A DNA stretch of 63,268 nucleotides, counting the filler, from Octopus bimaculoides (Eukaryota): the NCBI RefSeq assembly GCF_001194135.2. It is 5 parts of 5 records of this genome, joined end to end, with 100 filler letters (N's around TTAATTAATTAA, not from the genome) between each part and the next. Parts side by side here need not be neighbours in the genome. Positions count along the whole stretch, not along the records: positions 1 to 24,785 come from NC_068989.1; 4 more parts are not named here. The stretch is one strand, 5' to 3'. The translations under genes were made by a program, and so were the position numbers. Each line of letters starts with the position of its first letter. Within the stretch, counting starts at the first letter, position 1. Shown here piece by piece: positions 1 through 13,899 of this stretch. The notes under the pieces are model-generated. The model ran no database searches and was not told where the DNA came from. It worked only from the letters and a program-made list of their open reading frames with translations.

Positions 1-209
1 AAAAAGATTCCTATATAATCAGAATCTATACCATATAAAGAATATATGTAGAAAATTTTATTAAAAACTATCCATTTTTCTGAAAGTTGTGAGGAAACAA
101 AGTCGAGGGGACACGCTTTTGGAGGAGTGCCTACAAAGTACGTATAGTCGGAGGTTTGGCTGTTATTTCTAGCATGTGGAGAGACTGCTTCAAAGTTTAA
201 GTAATGTGT

Positions 210-405
210 GGGTTGGAAAACCCTGGCACATAAAAAGCACCCACTACACTCTCGGAGTGGTTGGCGTTAGGAAGGGCATCCAGCTGTAGAAACATTACCA
301 GATTAGATTGGAGCCTGGTGCAGCCACTGGCTCTCCAGACCTCAGTCAGACTGTCCAATCCATGCCAGCATGGAAAACAGATGTTAAACAATGACGATGA
401 TGACA
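210..405 (+). mobile_element. SINE-like repeat family 1 (3' part, ends in GAT/GAC repeats)
   Basis: aaaagcacccactacactc...ggcgttaggaagggcatccagctgtagaaac...ccatgccagcatggaa...gatgatg; further copies at ~5030-5265(+), 23740-23872(+), 32265-32470(-). Confidence 0.8.
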
Positions 406-3250
406 CACACACACACATACATACATCTACATAACAGCCCACTAACTATTCCACCTGTATATAAATATAAACTGTAGGTATGGGGGGTATGATTATCTAC
501 TATGTATATTTCCTATTTAGTCCTGGGGATGTTTCATTTAGAAGGGTGTACTACTGTATTTCTCTGAGTGTTGGTTCTTTCGGGTGCTTGGATAAAATGT
601 AGATGTCATGTTGGTAAAGTGTGGAGGACTCTTTTTGTCGTAATATTGTCTCAAATGTTCATTTAGACATACATACATGCCTCCCCTATGTATGTATGTC
701 ATGTTCATGTCTTTACAAGCACCTACTATGCATCTTATGCTGTAGACTACATTTCTAGTTCTACAGTTAATGCCAGGGCTAATCCTATGTACCATGCAGT
801 TATCATTGGTGCATATGGTATTCTCAAAGAGGTATGTCCTACATAGTTGTGATCTGATGGAGTTCCCTGGTTTTCAACAATATTAATGTTGAGTTTGGTC
901 TCCTTCAGAGTTTTCCTAAAATCTACGGGCTAGTTCTCCATGGGCTATGATCTCTAAAACCATCACTCCTCAATATCTCAGTTTTATACCATGTGTTCAC
1001 CTACTTTGCTTTGTTACAAGCTTTGTGTCCTATTCCAGTCTTTGCTTTTATATCTAGGGCAGGTACCACTGGTATCATTACATATAATTTTATCTAACTT
1101 CTTTGTAGCATCCCTGTATACTCGAACCCTATCTTTCTGATCATAGCCAGAGAATTGCATGTGGTGCATGAAGTTCTGTACATGTTTCTTCGTTTCATAG
1201 GGTTTGCATAGTGGGGACACGTTCGTTATCCAAACTAAGTCTGCTATCAGTATGTTAATTTTCATGCTGTGTGACAAAGCTGAGTTCTTGTGAACAACAT
1301 ATTTTGAAGCTATGGGTTTCATGTAATAGGAGTGGAGAAGGAACTGCACTCTGTTGTTCACAGTCTCTAACCAAAGTTCAGTATCAAGGACAGGGAGTCT
1401 ATTCTTGGGGTAATCTATAGTTACCTTGATACTTTGGTGGATGGACTTAGCTACCTGCTGGATGCTCTCCATTATGTTCCTCTCAGTTTCTACATTACCG
1501 TTACTAGAGTTGATCTTAACTATGATATTAATGTCGTCTACATACCCACTGTAAAGTAAAAGAGTTGTGGACTATTCTGCTAAGGATTGCTTAAGTTTTC
1601 TGTCCCACCAGGTCATGAAGAGGCTGGCCACATCTCCAGCTACACCGCGCTCTGCGGTACTTTTCTTCACTGCTGAGGTGATGGTGGGTGGTCTTCCCCT
1701 CTGTAACCTGGTGGGGCAGAATCTACTGAGGACATGGTCATCTAAATAGTCAGTTGTAGATTAGTCTAAGGAGGAGGTCCAGTTTCCTCATGTTGACTTC
1801 ACGGAACTCTACTTCACTCTCACAGATTATCTCAATGCATTTCTCCACAGCAAAATCTATGTCTATAGATGAGTAGAGTGAAATCACATCCATACTACCC
1901 ACTACATAACCTGTGAGGTTGTTGGAGTGGTTGCAAGTACTGATTTTACTGAGATCTTCCATGCTCACACAGACATCTGGGGACAGTTCTATGAGAGGTC
2001 ATAATACCTATGAGAGGAAGTAAGACAGTCTATAACTGCTGGAGGTATTTGCTCAGCAAACTGGTTGCGTTGGTGGCCCCATGACAGGGTTTATGTAGGA
2101 TTTGTGGTCTTTGCGTAACCCATATAGTGTAAAAACATCATTGTTGGATGCTTGGAAATTGTGTGCAGTCCATTTCTTAGGTTGGAGTATGTTGCACCAC
2201 ATTCTCATCTGTGCATTGAAGAGTTTTTCCACTCTTTCATGTTCCTGTGGTGCAACTTCTCTCATGCTACTGATGTGTTGTTGCATGGTCTGGACATAAC
2301 ACTGTGGGCTGTCTATTGACAGTCTGCCAGACTTGTCTGTAGGAAGGCACACTAATTCCCTGTTCCTAATTCACTGTTTCAGTCTTTGTAGGCCTTTGGC
2401 AACAGACGAAATGAGTTGGTGGATCCCCTCCTCATTATGTTTTTTAGTGGATTTGTTGTTAGGATCATAGAAGACAGTGTAGAGTGTTGTTATCATTATC
2501 ATTGTTGTTGTTATAGTTGCTGGCATTGTTGTTGCTATTGGTGGTGGTAGTGTCTGTGTTGTGCCCATTGTTATTGTTGTGGATGGTGTTGCTGGTAGTA
2601 GTGTGGATGATGTGGTTGGTATTGTTGTCAGTGTGGGGGATGTTGTTGTCATTGTTGCTGTTGCTATTATCATTATTGTTGTTGTTATTATAATATTGGT
2701 TTTGTATGCTTGTGTTGTTGTTATAGTGGTTTGAGTGGGGAATGTTGTGGTTATCATTGTTGTTATTGCCACTATTGTTGTTGTCATCCACATCGTTTTT
2801 GTTATTGTTGTTGTTTTCGTACGTATGTGTGGTTGTTATTGTATTGTCCTAACTTCCATCTTAATTTTAAGAATGCTTTTTCAATTTCAGATAGACAATC
2901 AATTATTCTGACCTTTTTATATGTAGCGAATTTTGGTGGTAACTCTTAAGCATGCATTTCATTTGTATATTCCAGAACTGTAATTGTTGTTGACGGTGGA
3001 GATATTGATTCCAGTGTCCTGGTGCCGAAGTTTACATTCCAACATGACAATCCCATCAATATTATTAGGGTATTTGTATTGATTCTTACCATGCTGGGAT
3101 TGATGTTGTTTCATCCACTTGAGCTTATTGTTGAAGTGTTTGTTACAGGTATGGTTTACTCGGCGGTATTCTTCTTGGATGTTTGTCATGAATCTGTCTC
3201 TTTTGTGTAGTGTAGTGGTGTAACTATAGATTACCCCACTAGGCACCCCA
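405..3250 (-). mobile_element. Degenerate Penelope-like retroelement (RT + GIY-YIG endonuclease)
   Basis: Minus-strand RT motifs GSMDVISLYSSI (ORF 1750..1968) and LYSGYVDDINI (YVDD at 1533-1544); thumb region HSYYMKPIASKYVVHKNSA; GIY-YIG-like NCRTRNVVYSIRC..MTY..LNEHL (ORF 538..795); many stops and frameshifts. Confidence 0.85.
2371..2830. repeat. (AAC/AAT)n-rich trinucleotide low-complexity tract inside the Penelope element
   Basis: Gives Asn-rich and Thr-rich ORFs 2465..2791 and 2371..2793. Confidence 0.85.
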
Positions 3251-4295
3251 ACAATAGACTCCCTGTCCTTGATACTGAACTTTGGTTAGAGACTGTGAAC
3301 AACAGAGTGCAGTTCCTTCTCCACTCCTATTACATGAAACCCATAGCTTCAAAATATGTTGTTCACAAGAACTCAGCTTTGTCACACAGCATGAAAATTA
3401 ACATACTGATAGCAGACTTAGTTTGGATAACGAACGTGTCCCCACTATGCAAACCCTATGAAACGAAGAAACATGTACAGAACTTCATGCACCACATGCA
3501 ATTCTCTGGATATGATCAGAAAGATAGGGTTCAAGTATACAGGGGTGCTAGAAAGAAGTTAGATAACATTATATGTAATGAAACCAAGGGTACCTGCCCT
3601 AGATATAGAAGCAAAAACTGGAATAGGACACAAAGAGCTTGTGACAAAGCAAACAGGGTGAACACATGGTATAAAACCAACAAATATCAAGGAGTGATGT
3701 TTGTAGAGGCCACAGCCCATGGAGAACTAGCCTGTAGATTTAGGAAAACTCTGAAGGAGACCAAACTCAACATTAATATTGTTGAAAACCAGGGAATTCC
3801 ATCAGATCACAACTATGTAGGACGTGCTTCTTTGAGAATACCATATGCACCAATGATAAATGCAAGGTACATAGGAATAACCCTTTCATTAACTGTGGAA
3901 CTAGAAATGTAGTCTACAGCATAAGATGCATAGTAGATGCTTGTAAAGACATGAACATGACATACATGGGGAGACATCTAGGAGCATTATGGAAAGACTA
4001 AATGAACATTTGAGACAATATTATGACAAAAAGAGTCCTCCACACTCTAACAACATGCCAAGGACCAACATAGAAGCAACCTGGGTGAACTTGACAATTG
4101 CATTGTATCCAAGCACCTGAAGGACTCAACACTCAGACAAATACAGGAGTATGTCCTCATAAATGAAACATCCCCAGTACTAAATAGGAAATATACATAG
4201 TAGATAATCATACCCCCATACCTACAGTTTATATTTATATACAGGCAGAATAATTAGTGGGCTGTTATGTAGATGTATGTCTGTGTGTGTGTATG
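3220..4295 (+). mobile_element. Inverted copy of the 3' ~1 kb of the same Penelope element (inverted pseudo-LTR-like)
   Basis: Reverse complement of ~405-1425; ORFs 1014..1472(-) and 3295..3912(+) are near-identical over a long stretch; this copy retains TYMGETSRSI..LNEHL. Confidence 0.85.
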
Positions 4296-5029
4296 TATAT
4301 TCACATGTATGAAGGCAAATGGATATGAAAGTAAACAGATAGACATACTGATAGATAGGTACATAGGTAATATGAACAGACAAGCACACATACACAAATG
4401 AAGACTGAAACCTATGACCATATACACACACACTTCACACAAGGATACAAATGATGACACACGTCCACACATATGGAGATACACATCCATACATACAGAC
4501 ACAGTACATAGTCACAAAACACACACACACATGCTCACACAAGGAGACAGAGTTACACACAAAAACATATGAATATGCAGAATACATACATACACACACA
4601 TGCATGCATACATACAAACATACATGTGTATGCATACACACTGACCTATACACATGTCCACAAACAAACAAAAAGAATGCAGCTTGAATAATGGAAAGTG
4701 TCAACAACTGTCGCAAAGGTTGCAAGATACAACAAAAATTTTAGAAAAATAAATAAATGAGTGGAAATTTTTACTGGCGAGTAGGTACTAAAAGAGAATG
4801 ACTCTCCCCAGACACAACAGAATAGGCTTCAACACATGAACTCACATAAAAGATCTTGCAAACCAAATCCCAAACTGTATGATTGTCTTTTTAGGCATAA
4901 CTACAGATTTCCGGTAAATTTTGATCCTTTCATCCACACAATTTTCACTAAGAAAAAAGAAACTCGGATTTTTTTTGTGTGGAATCAAGTACCCTAACCT
5001 CCTAATATGCTGCAAACCTGGCAGCATGT

Positions 5030-5265
5030 AAAAAGTACCATTCGAATGTGATCAATGCCAGTGCCATCTGACAGGCCCCTGTGCCAGTGATACTTGAAAA
5101 GCACCCACTATACTCTTGGAGTTGCTGGCATTAGGAAGGACATCCAGCTGTAGAAACTTTGCCAGAACAGACTGAGGTTCGATTGCAGCCTTCTGGCTTG
5201 CCAGTCCTCAATCAAACCATCCAACCCATACCAGCATGGAAAGTAGACGTTAAACGATGATGATA
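5030..5265 (+). mobile_element. SINE-like repeat family 1 copy
   Basis: Same motifs as 210-405. Confidence 0.8.
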
Positions 5266-5759
5266 TAATGATATATATAATTATGATATATTGTTACACC
5301 ATTCAAAGTTTAGGTAAACTTCATCACCCACTCTCTCTCTTCCTACACAAAAATGAAACTCATTTCAGCACCAAAAATTGCAAAGAGAAAATGCTTTAGT
5401 TTTTCAAATCTATTCTGCAAGTTGGGATTATCATATATATTATATCCAGTGATTTTAAGAGGTAGGAAAAAGATATTTTTGTTTTAACATGCAAAAAAAT
5501 CTAACATTTTATTTTAGATGAATTTATCGTTCGTTATCTCTCCACACACTTCATTACCACTAACTTCTATAACCTCTGCATTTTCACTTATTCATTTCAA
5601 ACTTCTTTGAATTTTCAATCTAATATAATCCACACTCTCTTGAAAACGTATTTCTGCAAAATGTTATCTAAAATTATGGGTAAAGAAAGAAACAGCAAAA
5701 AATATTAGAAAATGGGGGGGGGTAAAATTTCCAAGGGTTCCACCCCACCCCATTTTCCG

Positions 5760-6620
5760 GACCAAAAAATGGGTTTTGTAGCATATTAGGAGGTCACCGG
5801 AATTCATTCAACGGAAAAAAAAAATTCCAATGATTCCAGGATAGCAGGAGTGGCGGTTTCTCCCCCTTTTTTTCTGAACAAAAATAAGGGGTTTGCAACA
5901 TATTAGGAGGTCAGGGTATTTGATTCCATGCCAAAAATCCGTGTTTTTTTCTTTATTAGTGAAANNNNNNNNNNNNNNNNNNNNNNNNNNNNNNNNNNNN
6001 NNNNNNNNNNNNNNNNNNNNNNNNNNNNNNNNNNNNNNNNNNNNNNNNNNNNNNNNNNNNNNNNNNNNNNNNNNNNNNNNNNNNNNNNNNNNNNNNNNNN
6101 NNNNNNNNNNNNNNNNNNNNNNNNNNNNNNNNNNNNNNNNNNNNNNNNNNNNNNNNNNNNNNNNNNNNNNAAACATCTGAATTTTTTTTTTTTCTCCTTA
6201 GTGAAAATCGTGCGGGTGTATGCCGTTTGAAAGGTATATATATATATATACAATTTCATTAAAAGATATCCATTTTCCTTAAAGTTATGAGGGAAAAAAA
6301 TCGGATCTTGTGAATTTTCCGAAGTCCTCTCCCCACCCCTTCGGAAAAGATTTTACCCACAAATTTCGTTATAATTGTAATGTATGCCGTTTGAAAGATA
6401 TTTATATAAAATTTCATTAAAAAAAAAAAAACATTTTCCTAAAAGTTATGAGGGGAAAACTCGGATCTTGTGAATTTTCCGAAGCCCTCCCACCCCCGTT
6501 GCTTTCAGCGCATTTTTATTTTCCTATTCGTTTTCTACACAGTTTGTACTATTTTTTTTCGATTTTGTTTCAGGGTAATAATGTCAACATTAACCAATTA
6601 TTCAATTCAATATCATGTTT
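5760..6620. repeat. Dispersed non-coding repeat (probable non-autonomous DNA element) with internal tandem duplication
   Basis: Motif tgccgtttgaaag..aatttcattaaaa..cattttcc..aaagttatgaggg..cggatcttgtgaattttccgaag occurs twice here. Related pieces at ~1-130, 4880-5030 (inverted), 12830-13110 and 22450-22630 (inverted). Confidence 0.7.
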
Positions 6621-8066
6621 ATTATAGAGATTATGTAACATTATACTTTTAACTTGTATATTTAATTGTGCGTGTATATTCCTTATTTTTGCTTCTGGCG
6701 TATTCTGCCTCTCTTATTAGAAACGTTTACCTGAGAATTTATTTAAAGTGAAAAAAGTCATATGCAAGAGATAAGTCGTCTTAATTGCATATTCCTGTGT
6801 ACCAGATCTTTAGCTGTTATTTTTAACATAACGGGTTTTCTGGTGAGGGTTTCATTTGCCTGTTTGTTGCTTCAGTAGAAATCTACGGATGCACAAACGC
6901 ACAAAAGGAAGAAAATGAAACAAATATGGACGACTTGTTCCGAAACACCCGGGAGAGGGGCAGAAATCTGTGATTATGCCGTTTTTTTAATCATATTATT
7001 GTCGGGACTACAGTTTGGCTTGTCAACGAACAATTTCGCAATAATACGTAAATAAACCGAGGAAAGAGGTCTCTGCTAGACCTACAAGCAGCAGTCACAT
7101 GTTCCCTACTCACACGCTACTATCTTACAAAAAAAAAAAGAAAGAAAGAAAGACGCGCGCACACGCGCACACAACAAAGATACGGGCAATGTAGTACTGA
7201 TGTACATAATAACGACATAGTCACAGAAAAACACCTTTGAAAATGGAACAGCTTGATCAGGGATGACCTGGAGCTAAAAAAACACATAAATACATTTATT
7301 AATTTAAAAAATTGTAACTAAGGATAAATGTTAAGATACTCTGTCCACAATCATTTGTAAAACTTTACACCAATGATAAAAACATAAATAAATCAAGCAA
7401 ATAAGTTTAATAGAACATTTTGTTCCTTTATTGAGCAAAAATTCACACTACCTAAACAAATCTTTGAAATTTATTTTAAAAAAATGAAGCTTAAAGTCAT
7501 AAAGATATTTTAATTACAAAAATCTTTCGTCATCAAAAGTGCATTCAGTAAAATAGTCCTCGACAAGATATTACATCTTGTACCTATCGTTAAAATGTTC
7601 TGCAATCGATTTCATAAATCCAGATTTTCTAACAACTAATTATACATCTTATATTTCATTCTATTCGCTTATATTCCGATAAATCCGAAAATTGGTAAGC
7701 ATTAAAAATTGAAAAATTACCGAATAAAACTATAAAAAGTGTGCTAAATCAAAGTATAACATCTTTTCAAGTATTTAATAACATAGTGATAAGATTTTCA
7801 ACTTTACATATAATAAAGAATCAAACATTAAATTATGATTAAATAAATATGTATGTATTTATTTTACTCACAACAGATAACGTACGCACCGGATACAGCA
7901 ACTGTTTAGTCTAAAACGGTGTAACCGTTAATATATCTCTTTTTAATAAGTAATATCGAGATATTAGTTTCTTTTGAATAGACATCTGACTGGCCACATT
8001 TTTTTTTCACTTCAATTGCAATTCATTTATTTCTACGACAAAATTACAATAAACAAAAACAAAAAG

Positions 8067-8513
8067 GTACTTTTTGGTTATCTCACCCCCATTAAAAATT
8101 TGCCATTAAAAACTGGGTTATCTCCCCACTAAAAAATTTAGTTTGTGTCGACGAGATTGGATTAAAAGATTTAGATCTTTTTTTTCAATACTTAAACACG
8201 TTGTTGACGTTTGGCCTCCTCAATAGGCATGGTATGATTTGTTATAAAAATGTTATCAGATTCAGTAAGATGTTTAATTATTTCAGTTTTCGTGTTTATT
8301 AATTTTTTCAGTTTTCATGTTTATTAATCTTTTCAGTTTTGTATGATTTGTTATAAAAATATTATTAGATTCAACACGAGGTTTAATCGTTTCACTTTGT
8401 TTTTTTTTATTAAGGGTTAAACAATTTCTTTAGTTGAGAGAGATAACCAAAAGTACCGATATTTCTCATAAAACCCAATATTTCAATGTGGGGTGAGATA
8501 ACCAAAATGTACC
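8067..8513. mobile_element. MITE with ~28-bp TIRs (GGTAC...GTACC), Merlin-like
   Basis: ggtactttttggttatctcaccccca and tgtggggtgagataaccaaaatgtacc are inverted; flanks AACAAAAA / AATAAGAA resemble a decayed 8-bp TSD. Confidence 0.65.
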
Positions 8514-8753
8514 AATAAGAATTAAACAGTTATGGTGGATGGCATGACGTCAAAATCTAACAGAATTGTTAGGACTAACTTATGAAAAATTGTTTACTGA
8601 ATTAGCAAGATCGCCAAGCAAGTCACAAGATGAAAAATAACTGTTTGTCTGAATAGGGTTGTAGTAGAGAGGGTGGTGGCTTTATGCCAGATGTCGGGAG
8701 GCTTAAATATAACAGGGGCAGGCACAGATACCTTGCTACAAAAAAGACACATA

Positions 8754-9400
8754 TGTAACGATAAAGTTGTAAGAACGACCGTGCGAACTCATAAAAGGAG
8801 AAATGGTGACAAATGGTAAAAACAGAGGACTCCTTTTATTTAAACGCGTCACACGGTCGAACACAAAAATATATATCAAAGATGATATACAAATAATGTT
8901 ATACGACGATAACATAGCTGACCAGTAATGAAAGACCACAACCGTATTAGATGAATAACAGAGATATTTATTATGGTGTTAAAGATGTATGTGTATGTGA
9001 GAGTGTGAATGCGACATATAAGAACATAATCAAAGACAGGCCGTCGTACAAAGAAAAGTATTGATGTGAGTGATACATGTATGTGTACGTGAGTTATTAC
9101 AGCAGATAGAAAGAGAGTCAATAACACGTGAGCATTTATACCAGTTCTTATAGTACCATTAGTATGAGTCTGTATGTGAAAGAAGTGAGTTGAGGCTGTA
9201 TGTGGCAGAGCTGATCACTAGTTGTGATGTTGTCGCATCGATGCCGGGCCGTGATTCTTGTTATACAGATGTTCGTCGCTGGCTGAAATTCTTGTCTGTT
9301 TATTTATCGTGGTGAAGCTGAATCACCTAACAGAATCGAAGAGAGAGATGTGCCGCGGTGGTGTATCTGATTTGACCTGTGAATAACTTGAAAAAGTCTA
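8754..9400. mobile_element. Probable solo LTR-like repeat, related to 14726-15400
   Basis: Starts TGTAAC; shares gtgaatgcgacat..aagacaggccgtcgt..ataccagtt..tcgtggtgaagc..gagagag with 14880-15260. Confidence 0.5.
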
Positions 9401-10149
9401 AAAGGTCAGCTTAATCTCATTAATCTTTTAGTGCAATAGGCAAAAACAATAGGCCGATGTTATGAATTATAATATCCTATCAGTAATTCCTTTCTGCAAT
9501 AGTAGATAATAGATAAAAATATAGATATCTTATTTTGTATTGAGTACAAAAATGCAGCACAAAGTGGATACCAAAGTGCTTCAGACTCACCATTTCACTT
9601 ATAAGAGCCAGAGAGAATATCAACAAAGCAGGACTGCCGGAAGAAACAAAAACAACAATTGCATCTCTGAAGGCTGCATTGGTAAATGCCATACTTGCTG
9701 TTCCACAACCTGAAGTCCCAGCCAGCAAAACCATATTGGGCCAATATCAAACTGATGTTGTCACGTATATCAGCCCTACATCAGAAATTGTGTCGGTTTG
9801 ATTTTGGCCTGATTTCATTTTGCAACGTGGCGCAACATCAGGCTGACATATTCCTTGATGTTGGGCCAATATGAATTTGAGATTGGGCAGAGTGTGCAGA
9901 AATAGGAAAAATACATTAAATGCGAGAGATATCAATAAAATTGTATTTGAAACCACAGATAGGAGTATTACTAACTTGGTGAATGAGTAATTTGAATGGA
10001 AGACAAAACCATGTATGCAAAACTATTCAGCCTATTGTTACCAGTGTGTTGCTAAAATGGATTACCTTAAAGAATTGAGGTAACCCGTAAATGGGTTATC
10101 TTAATTTTTAATTTGTGCAAACTCGAGATCTGTAGCAGATTCATTGTCA

Positions 10150-11415
10150 AAAGCAGACTTGTCCAAATTTTTTTTCTCTCCTCCTTCGGCCACCATTTTT
10201 GTCACTAGCAGTCCAAAGCCATTCTCAAGTCACCAACTCAACCTCTGCTTCTGTTGCATTTTCCATAGTCTTGCAAACAGCCCCTGAAATTAATTAATTA
10301 TGTTTCTTAAAAGTAGTTCTTAATGTGAGAATAACAAATGCACTCACATGCATTTACTTTTGTACTTGCATAAATTACATGGATTTGATTAATTGTTGAA
10401 AGCAGATACAAACATTCATAAATGTTCACTACTGTTTTATGTCAAGCTGGTACAACCACTCCCACCACCCCAGAGTCTGGCTAAAACAGTACTCAAAGTG
10501 AATATTAATGTCATCAAATGCCCAGCCCAGGGCCATTTTCAGTCCAATGACTGTAAATCAAAATTAAAAAATGCAGTCATTTTCAATACACTATGAGAAA
10601 ATATATATACACTCAAATGTAAAGAAAAATGTAGAATAATAACCTTATTGTCAAACATCAAAAACAATTAACAGGGTTCCTGTGGGTTCTTAAAAAGAAA
10701 ATTCAAGGGTTCAACGTCAATTTCAGCATCTAGGTTATTTTGTGACAAACAATGACAACATACAAATAGAGTCAAGTTTTGCAAATTGTTTATGCATATG
10801 ATGTCCAACTGCCATTGGTTGACTTACTTTACTTTACTAGTAAAACAGAACTAGTAAACCACAGTATACAAGCACCATGTAACTTTCTGAGGTTCCTGCT
10901 GGGACCTTAATCAAATAATCTTTTTAACTGAATATCAGGTTGATGCACTTAAATATTTTTAATTACTATACATTCAAAACCAACCAAATCTGAGGTTATG
11001 AGTATCAAGATGAGCACACAATGATGGGTGTGAGTTTCTTTGGTGTGTGTGTGTGTGTGGGGGGGGGGGATATGGAAACACACGCATGTAAAGAATGAAG
11101 GAAACAAGTGTCACATGTAAGTAGACAGATCAGTTAGAGAGGGGCAGAGATGGTATTAATGAACCAGCAGGTAAAATGTACAACTTACTATGTTATTTTG
11201 AACCGCAACATCACTTAATTCAGCTTCCAAAGCCTCAACATCCTCTTGACTCTCACAAGGGAAATGAATTGTGTCAGGGAGATTCCTTGTCTCCGAAATG
11301 GAGGATGAGGATGGAATATTTTGAATTAGCTGCAATATAGAGTGCAACATTTCCCTCTGCTGAGACTGTTCCTCTCAAATTTTTTCAATTGCAGTGAATA
11401 GCCGGTGATCCTGAT
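10150..11415 (-). pseudogene. Decayed spliced DUF4806-like gene (transposon accessory-type)
   Basis: Exon 11189-11415 (ttcag..GTAAGT): DQDHRLFTAIEKI*EEQSQQREMLHSILQ...LPDTIHFPCESQEDVEALEAELSD. Last exon from 10283: AVCKTMENATEAEVELVT*EWLWTASDKNGGRRRR. Family assignment is from motif recall and is not searched. Confidence 0.55.
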
Positions 11416-13899
11416 CTGAAATAGAAAATAGAAAAAAAAAAAGGTAGAGTAGAGTTACGAAATACTTGCTGAGTACACCTCATGATGTTAGTAGTTTACA
11501 GATATACTGAAAATAATACACAATCAATAATAATCTCATTTCACATTTGCTTTCTGGAATCAGAGAGTTTGCTAAACCAACAATCAACTATTTGTGGCCT
11601 TATATAAGGTCTAGTATAACACTAATATTTATTTGCCTTTTCTAGTTTGCCATGATTAGGGGTAGGGGTTTCATATTCCAGAATTAGAAATTATGATACC
11701 TATTTAACAGGGAAGTGGCACCTTGTTTCAGTGCCCCAAGGGCCTCTAGAATAGTAAAAGACACCAAAGTTAATATTACAGTATTATATTCCTCACACTA
11801 ATGCAAGCAAAGTTTTTGTACCTCTTCACCCAAAACGTCCATGGAGATGCTGTGGCTATCTGAAGCTAAAACTTATAATATCATTGCATAAATATCAACA
11901 GACCAGATGAGTGATACAATTTATTGTTTTTAAGTAATCCTTTTGAAACAAGATAGATTAAATTGCTAAAATTCTTGAAAATGTGTTTTTTTCTTTTGAC
12001 TCTACCCTCATTTACCTGCCAGTTATTTCTTAAGCACTATAATTATGTATCAGGGTGAAAGCATACATTTAAAACATGACTCTCCATGGAATGACCCTAA
12101 GAGCTGCTTTCAAACACAGAATATTTTATTTTACTGTTTATAAATAAATTTGAAACCATTTTCCACATATCCTAAAGTATACCACTGATATAATATTTGA
12201 CTCATCGTGCAACAACTGTTCAGATTTTCCCGACAAGTTGGAAGGAGCTACATTTACACTTCTTTCTTTAGCATACTGTGAATGTCAGTTGGCTATGGAT
12301 ATCTACTTGGCTCTGAATGACAGGAGGTGGCTTTGGTAGCATCCATCTTTGATACTCAGTATCATCATCATCATCATCATCATCTGAGAAAACAAAATAG
12401 AATGAAAAATAAACAGGGAATTACATGTATTTCCCTTCACACAGTGAATAACATGGGTATATGTTTGTCAACACATAGCCTTAGAACACACTGGAACTCA
12501 TACAATGTTTATAATAAGCCTCAAACTTGTAGTGCTATCCATGGCCATGTCTGACAGCCTACCTGCACTTTCATGTAAAATGAAAAGTGGATGGTGAGTA
12601 GAGACTCAGAGTTTTACATGGGTGTCCTCGGGAAATGATATTCAACCCCATTTCCAATGCAAATAATAAATTCAGCAAACATGGAATGATCCTAACTGTC
12701 AGATATGTTGATAAACCCCAAGACATAAAAAAAATAAACGAATAGTTAATGTTGATATTATTACCATGAAACAAAATTTTAAAAAATAGTGTAAAAAAAA
12801 AGGTGTAGGAAACGAATATGAAAACAAAAATACCAGGAAAGCAACGAGGGGTGGGGAGAGGACTTCTTTATAATCGCAATCTATACCGTCTGAAAGGCAT
12901 TTATATAAAATTTCATTGAAAAAAACCCCATTTTCCTAGAAGTTATGAGGGAAAAACATAGGATCTTGTGAATTTTCCGAAGGCCTCTCCCCACCGTTGC
13001 TTTCCGGGCATTTTGTCTTTATATTCGTNNNNNNNNNNCCTGTGGCACTTTTTTTTTTTTTTTTTTTAGATTTTGTTTCCGGGTAATAATGTCAACATTA
13101 ACAAAACGAACATCTAAAAGGGATTCACTAATTATTAAAGAACTGTCTGTCTGAAATTTGTAGACAGGCTATCTGTAGCTATCCTAATGATATCCATTTC
13201 TGTAGGGTTTCATTGAGAAATTTGAAATACATTTTGAGCTGTGGTAGGTTTATTTTCTATTTGCTTTTGGCTACACGCATCAAAACGAATAATCTGTCAA
13301 ATGTTGATAACCACTCAAATATTAGCTTTAAATGTAAACGCCATAATGTTCGTTGATGCTTGAAAAAACGATTTTAACAACTTTTTCCATCGTGTCGGTT
13401 TGGATCCAAGTTTTGAAAATGCACTGGAACATTCGATTCACAATTAATTGTTGAATATTTCTGAAGTTGAAAGACTTTAAATTTTCCCATACATTATACT
13501 GAACTGGCAAAATTTAAAAGCGTTTTTAGTCTTATTTATGACAGTAGATAAATCACATGTTTTTTCATCCTAACTTACAACAGAGATATTGAATTTACCT
13601 GCTTCCGATGTCGAAAATGAAAGGATCACATTTTGAGTTGTTTCCCCTGTCCTTGCTCGGAACACAAGGATATTGTGTGTCCAACTGCAGTACGACAGCA
13701 ATCCGGCATCCACCCGATGTTGGAATACTGTTAAAAAAAAAAAAATTTAAAAACACAATACTGTTACAAATACAATTTTTTCTACATGGACGATGATAGT
13801 AGTAAATGGAACTGACAGTGAGAAATGCAAAACATAAAATAACTCCGTTTTGATGTCGTATTGATGACGGGCTGATATCGGCAAAAATTACCGATATTC

